This document shows, piece after piece, positions 58,655 through 64,000 of a DNA stretch of 64,000 nucleotides. This DNA comes from a virus. Position numbers and translations under genes: made by a program. The stretch lies in the IMG/VR virus record IMGVR_UViG_3300042305_001483; one strand, given 5' to 3'. The notes below the pieces were generated by a model. That model did not search any database. It was not told where the DNA came from and saw only the letters and a list, made by a program, of their open reading frames with translations. Each line of letters opens with the position of its first letter. Within the stretch, counting starts at the first letter, position 1.

Positions 58655-59498
58655 TTTTTGTTATTTTTTGATCGTAAATTGACGTACAGGCTTGCATTTT
58701 ACATGGTTCGGGTTCTTTTAACAAATCAAAATTTTTAAAAATATTTCCATGATTGGTATTATTGCAATCTGAACCAGAAATGTAACCTTCTGCCGATATT
58801 TTTAATTTTTCAATTCCGGCAAAACATTTTTTTCCTGTAAATGAGGGACTGGTCTCTAGTATTTCAACCCATTTTTGTTTAAAAGTTTCTTCTTGTTTTC
58901 CTCGATTTTTATCAACCCATTCTTTTCCAAATAATTTTTCTAACTGATTTTCTGTATACGGCAACAATCCTAACATATATTCGGCACTTTTATATAAAGC
59001 AGTTTTTTCTACATGCATATTATGCATTTCTTGTACTAACTCGGCCCTGTTCCAATCTTCATCGAAATAGTCAGGTCTAATTGGAACCATCATTTTAAAA
59101 GTTGTACTCTTAGATTTAAAAGTTTGAATTATATAATTAATAAGATTAGGATTTTGCCAATAATGATAAGTTAAAATCAAATTATCTAAATTAGGTTCAA
59201 TAGCAAACCAGTCTAACCAAAGTTTTCCACCGTTGGTACTTAATGTTGTTGTTCCACCATTTTCTTTACACAGTTTTAACAACATTGGAAATTCAAAAAA
59301 TTCTAACGGTTCTCCTCCATCAAATTTCCAATTAATTATTCTCCCCATACTATTAAAATGCTCTATCATTTTTTTAGCAACTGACATGTATTCATCAAAA
59401 TGCCTAATACCGCCTCCCCAAAATTTTGAAGGACAGTATGAACATCCGCCTGTGCAATAATTATGAATGGTCCAAGAAATTTCAGTTTTATTATTCAT
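58647..59498 (-). CDS. radical SAM protein with C-terminal Cys (twitch/SPASM-like) region
   Basis: [15 protein letters not shown]; C-terminal C…C…C…C. Confidence 0.85.
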   Translation of the reverse strand: MNNKTEISWTIHNYCTGGCSYCPSKFWGGGIRHFDEYMSVAKKMIEHFNSMGRIINWKFDGGEPLEFFEFPMLLKLCKENGGTTTLSTNGGKLWLDWFAIEPNLDNLILTYHYWQNPNLINYIIQTFKSKSTTFKMMVPIRPDYFDEDWNRAELVQEMHNMHVEKTALYKSAEYMLGLLPYTENQLEKLFGKEWVDKNRGKQEETFKQKWVEILETSPSFTGKKCFAGIEKLKISAEGYISGSDCNNTNHGNIFKNFDLLKEPEPCKMQACTSIYDQKITKII

Positions 59499-59503
59499 TG
59501 CTC

Positions 59504-59532
59504 TTGATTTTTCTAAATATTAGTAATATACT
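59504..59532 (+). promoter_or_regulatory. sigma70-type promoter for queE
   Basis: TTGATT-17-TATACT. Confidence 0.6.
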
Positions 59533-59555
59533 TACTTATTATTCAAGGAATAAAA

Positions 59556-60404
59556 ATGGCAAAAATTAAAGTTAGTGAACTATTTTATTCTATCCAGGGA
59601 GAAGGAAGATATATGGGCGTGCCTAGTGTGTTCTTAAGAACATTTGGGTGCAACTTTACCTGTGATGGATTTGGAATGCCTAAAGGAGAAAAATCAAATG
59701 AACGACACAATGTGGCAAGTCGTATTTCAGAGTTTAAACAGTATAGAGATTTACCTCTTGTTCATACCGGTTGTGATTCTTATGCTAGTTGGGATCCTAG
59801 GTTCAAAGACCTTTCACCTATGGTTGAAACGGATGGCCTTGCGGAGGATATCGTCAACCTCTTACCATACAAAAGATGGACGAGGGAACATTTAGTCATT
59901 ACTGGAGGCGAACCTCTTTTGGGATGGCAACGTGCTTATCCAGAGTTACTAGAACATCCAAAGATGCAGAGTCTTAAAGAAATTACATTCGAGACGAACG
60001 GTACTCAAAGATTAGACGAAAAATTTAAAAAATATCTAAAAGAATGGCAAACTGCTAACCGTGATCGAGAAATTACTTTTAGTGTCAGTGCAAAACTTCC
60101 TGCAAGCGGTGAACTGTGGGAAGATGCAATTAAACCAGATATTGTATATGATTATTCCACAGTCGGTTATACGTATCTTAAATTTGTCGTAGCCACAGAA
60201 GATGACATTAAAGATGCGTTAATGGCAATGGGAAAATTTAGAGACGAAGGTTTCCTTGGTGAAGTATATCTTATGCCTGTTGGAGGCGTCGAAAGTGTTT
60301 ATAATTTAAATAATAAAAACGTAGCACTGGCATGTATGAAACACGGTCTTAGGTACAGTGATAGATTACAAGTACCGCTTTTTAAGAACGAGTGGGGAAC
60401 TTAA
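59556..60404 (+). CDS. queE: 7-carboxy-7-deazaguanine synthase (radical SAM)
   Basis: ELFYSIQGEG, VFLR..GCN..C…CDS, TGGEP, ETNGT, LKFVV. Confidence 0.9.
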   Translation: MAKIKVSELFYSIQGEGRYMGVPSVFLRTFGCNFTCDGFGMPKGEKSNERHNVASRISEFKQYRDLPLVHTGCDSYASWDPRFKDLSPMVETDGLAEDIVNLLPYKRWTREHLVITGGEPLLGWQRAYPELLEHPKMQSLKEITFETNGTQRLDEKFKKYLKEWQTANRDREITFSVSAKLPASGELWEDAIKPDIVYDYSTVGYTYLKFVVATEDDIKDALMAMGKFRDEGFLGEVYLMPVGGVESVYNLNNKNVALACMKHGLRYSDRLQVPLFKNEWGT

Positions 60405-60405
60405 A

Positions 60406-60852
60406 ATGAATAAATTTATAGAAAAACTTTTTGGTATTGATAAAATCAAAGCAGAAACTGAAGCAAACATTCGTGCAGCAGAAGAAGCCAAAAAACAAGC
60501 AGAAGAAGCAATCGCCGCTGCTGAAACCGCAAAAGAAACAGAACGTTTAGCCAAATTAAGTCCAAAAGAGTTAGCAACAGAACGAAAAGAACCCTGGGTT
60601 GCGGTTTTAGATACCCATGTAAATAAAGATAATCTCAGAAACGGTTTTTTTGAACTTGACTGGAATGAATATTTTGTGTTATCGTTACGTGAATCTGGTT
60701 ACACCGGAGAAACTGAAGAAGCAGTAGTAGATCAATGGTTTCAGGAACTATGTAAAAACATAGGATCAGAATCCGGTGTTAACATGGAAAGAAGAGGAAG
60801 TGGCTATGTCAATCGAGCACTTCGTGATGATGGTATGACTGAGGTTTATTAA
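60406..60852 (+). CDS. conserved hypothetical phage protein
   Basis: Start re-called to ATG 60406; FELDWN..F motif. Confidence 0.75.
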   Translation: MNKFIEKLFGIDKIKAETEANIRAAEEAKKQAEEAIAAAETAKETERLAKLSPKELATERKEPWVAVLDTHVNKDNLRNGFFELDWNEYFVLSLRESGYTGETEEAVVDQWFQELCKNIGSESGVNMERRGSGYVNRALRDDGMTEVY

Positions 60853-61838
60853 TGGCTACATATATTCTTGTCGATACTGCTAATACTTTTTTTAGAGCAC
60901 GCCATGTTGTTAGAGGCAGTCTCGAAGATAAAGTGGGCATGAGTCTCCATACTGTATTTGGTAGTATTAGAAAAGCATGGAGAGATTTTAACGGCGATCA
61001 TGTTGTCTTTTTCCTAGAAGGGAGATCATGGCGTAAAGATTTTTACGAACCCTATAAAAGGCAGCGTTCAGAAGCAAGAGCAGCACTATCTCCTAGAGAA
61101 GCAGAAGAAGATCGTACCTTTTGGGAAACATTTGATCAATTTAAAGATTTTGTTATCAACAAGACAAACTGCACAGTATTGCATAATCAGCAACTAGAAG
61201 CAGACGATCTTATTGCTGGCTGGATTCGTTTTCATCCTAAAGATACACACATTATCATCAGTACAGACGGCGATTTCGCGCAATTAATTGCACCGAATGT
61301 AAAACAATATAATGGTGTAACTGGAGTTACTACTACACATGAAGGATACTTCGACGAAAAAAATCGCCCTGTTGTAGATAAAAAAACAAAGCAAATTAAA
61401 CCGGCTCCGGATCCCGAATGGTTACTTTTTGAAAAATGTATGAGGGGTGACACTAGCGATAACATTTTTAGTGCGTATCCGGGTGTAAGAGAAAAAGGAA
61501 CAAAGAATAAAGTTGGTCTAAGAGATGCGTTTGCAGATAGAAACAGCAAAGGATGGGCATGGAACAATCTCATGCTACAGAAATGGATTGATCACGAAGG
61601 GGTTGAGCATCGTGTGCTAGACGATTACTATCGCAATGTTAAACTTTGTGACCTTAAGGCCCAGCCTGATGATATTCAGAAAATCATCGACGATACCATT
61701 ATTGCAAATAAAAATTCAAAAAATGTTGAACAGGTGGGGATTAGACTTTTGAAGTTCTGTTCAACATATGATCTTCAAAAAATTAGTGAGCAAATACAAA
61801 GTTATTCAGAACCGTTGAATGCGAGGTATACCACATGA
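60852..61838 (+). CDS. rnh: RNase H / 5'-3' flap exonuclease (T4 Rnh-like)
   Basis: LVD, WRK..Y..YK..R, EADD, STDGD, GDTSDNI. Confidence 0.9.
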   Translation: MATYILVDTANTFFRARHVVRGSLEDKVGMSLHTVFGSIRKAWRDFNGDHVVFFLEGRSWRKDFYEPYKRQRSEARAALSPREAEEDRTFWETFDQFKDFVINKTNCTVLHNQQLEADDLIAGWIRFHPKDTHIIISTDGDFAQLIAPNVKQYNGVTGVTTTHEGYFDEKNRPVVDKKTKQIKPAPDPEWLLFEKCMRGDTSDNIFSAYPGVREKGTKNKVGLRDAFADRNSKGWAWNNLMLQKWIDHEGVEHRVLDDYYRNVKLCDLKAQPDDIQKIIDDTIIANKNSKNVEQVGIRLLKFCSTYDLQKISEQIQSYSEPLNARYTT

Positions 61839-62302
61839 TTATTTCAAAAAATATTGTCCCAAACAAAGAATGGATTTTAGAAGACGAACAAGGAAAAATT
61901 GGATCTATTTCAAAAAAGAAAAAAGGTTACGACTTTCTTAGAAAAGGTCAAAAATTTGAATTTAAAAATCTAAACGAAATCAAAAAAGAGTTAGGAATAC
62001 AAACATTAGAAAATTCTAACCCTTCTCCTTGTGTAGAAGAAAAGTACGAAATTTACGACTATCCGTGTAGTTCCAAACCGTTTAATCCTTTATACAACAT
62101 ACGAAAAAAATTACCGTTATTTTCTAAAAGCAATAAAAGTAAAAGCCAATATTGTGCAGGATATTATTTGGTAAAATTTAGAAAAGGATGGGTAAAAAGT
62201 TTTTGTCCAAAATTAATTACTATAGAACGATATCAGCATCACGGTCCATTTAAAACAGATACTGATACAAAACTATTTTTAAACAAAATTAATAAAATAT
62301 GA
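61835..62302 (+). CDS. hypothetical protein
   Basis: GAGG SD; ATGA overlap. Confidence 0.8.
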   Translation: MIISKNIVPNKEWILEDEQGKIGSISKKKKGYDFLRKGQKFEFKNLNEIKKELGIQTLENSNPSPCVEEKYEIYDYPCSSKPFNPLYNIRKKLPLFSKSNKSKSQYCAGYYLVKFRKGWVKSFCPKLITIERYQHHGPFKTDTDTKLFLNKINKI

Positions 62303-62520
62303 AACATCTAAATACTTTACCAATTGAAGATTTTTTAGATAAAGCAAGGATTGCTATTAAATCAAATCAAAAATCAATCACTTTAACTTTGCAAGAAGTT
62401 ATCAATTTACAAAGTAGTTTAGCAATTGTAATGACAAAATTAGCAGGTGATTTAGATCAAAAAGCATCGACTCCTACACCTAGTATGGTCCAAATAAAAA
62501 TGGACGGCGGAAAATTCTAA
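62299..62520 (+). CDS. hypothetical protein (…MDGGKF)
   Basis: ATGA overlap. Confidence 0.75.
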   Translation: MKHLNTLPIEDFLDKARIAIKSNQKSITLTLQEVINLQSSLAIVMTKLAGDLDQKASTPTPSMVQIKMDGGKF

Positions 62521-62530
62521 TTATACATAA

Positions 62531-62565
62531 TAAATATACACGTACTTTTTGGAGATACGTGTATA
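62531..62565 (+). promoter_or_regulatory. late promoter plus 10-bp hairpin over the translation start region
   Basis: TAAATA at 62531; tatacacgta / tacgtgtata with GGAG in the loop. Confidence 0.6.
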
Positions 62566-62567
62566 CT

Positions 62568-62867
62568 ATGAGCCGCCCAAAACCAAAAATTTTATTAGAG
62601 ATTGTAAATAAGAAAAATTATAAAACAGATCAAGTTTTAGAATCCGATGCCATTTGGGCTGTTTTTTACAAAGGTAAACCAATAAATTTAAAAACTTCAA
62701 GTTTGTTAGGGGAATCTACGGGTCCAAAATACAAAAAAGTTAGTTTTTCAAATAGTGGTCATGCCTTCAATTTGGCTGAAAAATTAAATAAAATATTTGA
62801 TACAGACGAGTTTTCTGTTTATAAGTTAACTACTGGTCAAAAAATTAATAATGAATCCGAAATTTAA
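62568..62867 (+). CDS. conserved hypothetical phage protein (MSRPKP…)
   Basis: ORF; start ATG 62568 or GTG 62559. Confidence 0.8.
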   Translation: MSRPKPKILLEIVNKKNYKTDQVLESDAIWAVFYKGKPINLKTSSLLGESTGPKYKKVSFSNSGHAFNLAEKLNKIFDTDEFSVYKLTTGQKINNESEI

Positions 62868-63249
62868 TATAACCACACTAATAGCAAAAATTTTAAATCT
62901 TCCCTGTGACGAAAAAAATATAAAAAAATATACTCGAGTATGGTGGGTAAACCCAAGAGACAAACGAACTGGAGGTCTTCAACTTACCGAAAAAGGGTTT
63001 GAAGTATTCCAAAAGTCAAATATAAAACACTACGAAATAGTATTAGAATCTCCAATTATATACACAAACAGTATGATAGTTTGGTTAGACAACAAAATAG
63101 ATTGTCCTTACTTTTTAACTAATAAAAAAATATTTGTATTTGGTGAAAAAACTGCTGTCCAATTGTTATTGTTTTCCGGAGACTTAAACAAAATGAAACG
63201 GGCTCAAGACAGATTTCAGCAAAAAGTCCTTGACAATTCGTTGCGGTGA
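62851..63249 (+). CDS. hypothetical protein
   Basis: ORF; LTEKG motif. Confidence 0.75.
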   Translation: MNPKFNITTLIAKILNLPCDEKNIKKYTRVWWVNPRDKRTGGLQLTEKGFEVFQKSNIKHYEIVLESPIIYTNSMIVWLDNKIDCPYFLTNKKIFVFGEKTAVQLLLFSGDLNKMKRAQDRFQQKVLDNSLR

Positions 63250-63258
63250 CGCTAATAT
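63230..63258 (+). promoter_or_regulatory. sigma70-type promoter
   Basis: TTGACA-17-TAATAT. Confidence 0.65.
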
Positions 63259-63291
63259 AATAAAACAAACTTAAACTTTAGAAGGTGTTTT

Positions 63292-64000
63292 ATGGCAAAA
63301 GAAGCAATGTCTGCTAACAGAACTGTCAGCCCTAACGAAGCAAAATTTGCTCTTCGTAAGGCTATTAAAAAGCAACGTCCAATTTTCATGTGGGGTCCTC
63401 CAGGTATTGGTAAATCTGATATTATTAAACAACTCGGAGACGAACAAGGTCGTGAAGTTGTCGACGTTAGATTAAGTCTATGGGAACCTACTGACATTAA
63501 GGGCATTCCTTATTACAACAGTCAATTGAACTCTATGAGTTGGGCTCCTCCTGCAGAACTTCCTACTGATCCAGAATCTACTGCTATTCTATTCCTAGAC
63601 GAACTCAACTCTGCGGCTCCTGCTACTCAGGCTGCTGCTTATCAACTAATTTTGAACCGTAGAGTTGGAACATATGTTTTGCCAAAAGGCGTGGCAATTG
63701 TTGCTGCCGGAAATAGAGAAACTGACAAAGGTGTTACATATCGTATGCCTGCACCGCTGGCTAATAGATTTGTTCATATCGAACTTCGTGTTGATTTTGA
63801 TGATTGGCACCAATGGGCTGTTATGAATCGTCTGCATGAACAAGTTGTTGGTTACATCGGCTTTGCCAAGCAAGATCTTTACGATTTTGATCCAAGGAGC
63901 GCCAGTAAGGCTTTTGCTACTCCTCGTTCTTGGAGTTTTGTTAGTGAACTTCTCGAAGACGACGACGTTAGCGAAAATACATTAACCGATCTTGTAGCAG
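63292..64000 (+). CDS. MoxR-like AAA+ ATPase, truncated by window end (not in ORF track)
   Basis: WGPPGIGKS, DIKGIP, LFLDELNSA, AAGNR, PLANRF, TPRSW. Confidence 0.9.
   Translation, partial: MAKEAMSANRTVSPNEAKFALRKAIKKQRPIFMWGPPGIGKSDIIKQLGDEQGREVVDVRLSLWEPTDIKGIPYYNSQLNSMSWAPPAELPTDPESTAILFLDELNSAAPATQAAAYQLILNRRVGTYVLPKGVAIVAAGNRETDKGVTYRMPAPLANRFVHIELRVDFDDWHQWAVMNRLHEQVVGYIGFAKQDLYDFDPRSASKAFATPRSWSFVSELLEDDDVSENTLTDLVA

Noticed and set aside
63252-63873. Two minus-strand ORFs in the track
   Set aside because: Antisense to the MoxR-like ATPase starting at 63292, which the track missed because it has no stop inside the window.
1-64000. Stop-codon reassignment, tRNA genes, integrase or transposase
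   Set aside because: Known proteins are full-length in code 11 and TAA, TAG and TGA all act as stops. No cloverleaf or recombinase motifs were recognised by eye; tRNAscan would be definitive.

Overview
This is an AT-rich, densely coding segment of a large lytic dsDNA bacteriophage (T4-related/jumbo myovirus-like), read in the standard genetic code and almost entirely on the + strand. The host is probably Gram-negative, since there is a two-component spanin pair. In order, the window holds: small accessory ORFs (0-5.4 kb); clpP, queD and uvsE; tail-fibre/virion genes (10-19 kb, 32-38 kb); a DnaE-like fragment, groES, clamp loader and phoH; a lysis cassette (spanins, GH19 endolysin, holin); dnaJ and clpA; a late cluster of proteins with T4-internal-protein-like N-termini (38-46 kb); family B DNA polymerase and a putative clamp; a 7-deazaguanine DNA-modification region (TGT/DpdA-like, second T-fold protein, glycosyltransferase, QueE, with GuaC, HIT and cupin genes); RNase H/FEN; and a truncated MoxR-like ATPase. 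Most notable observations: (1) a preQ1-I-like pseudoknot in the queD leader, a candidate phage riboswitch variant; (2) a 649-aa probable polyprotein of modules separated by a GVAE motif conserved at DNA level, extended by an unannotated dnaX-type -1 frameshift (A_AAA_AAG plus hairpin); (3) a family of putatively capsid-targeted enzymes, including a three-domain nucleotidyltransferase fusion; (4) a tandem covarying RNA element abutting the DNA polymerase RBS; (5) recurrent leaderless starts and promoter-in-hairpin designs. No tRNA, rRNA, CRISPR array, intron or intein was recognised. All functional calls come from motif recognition by eye, not database searches.
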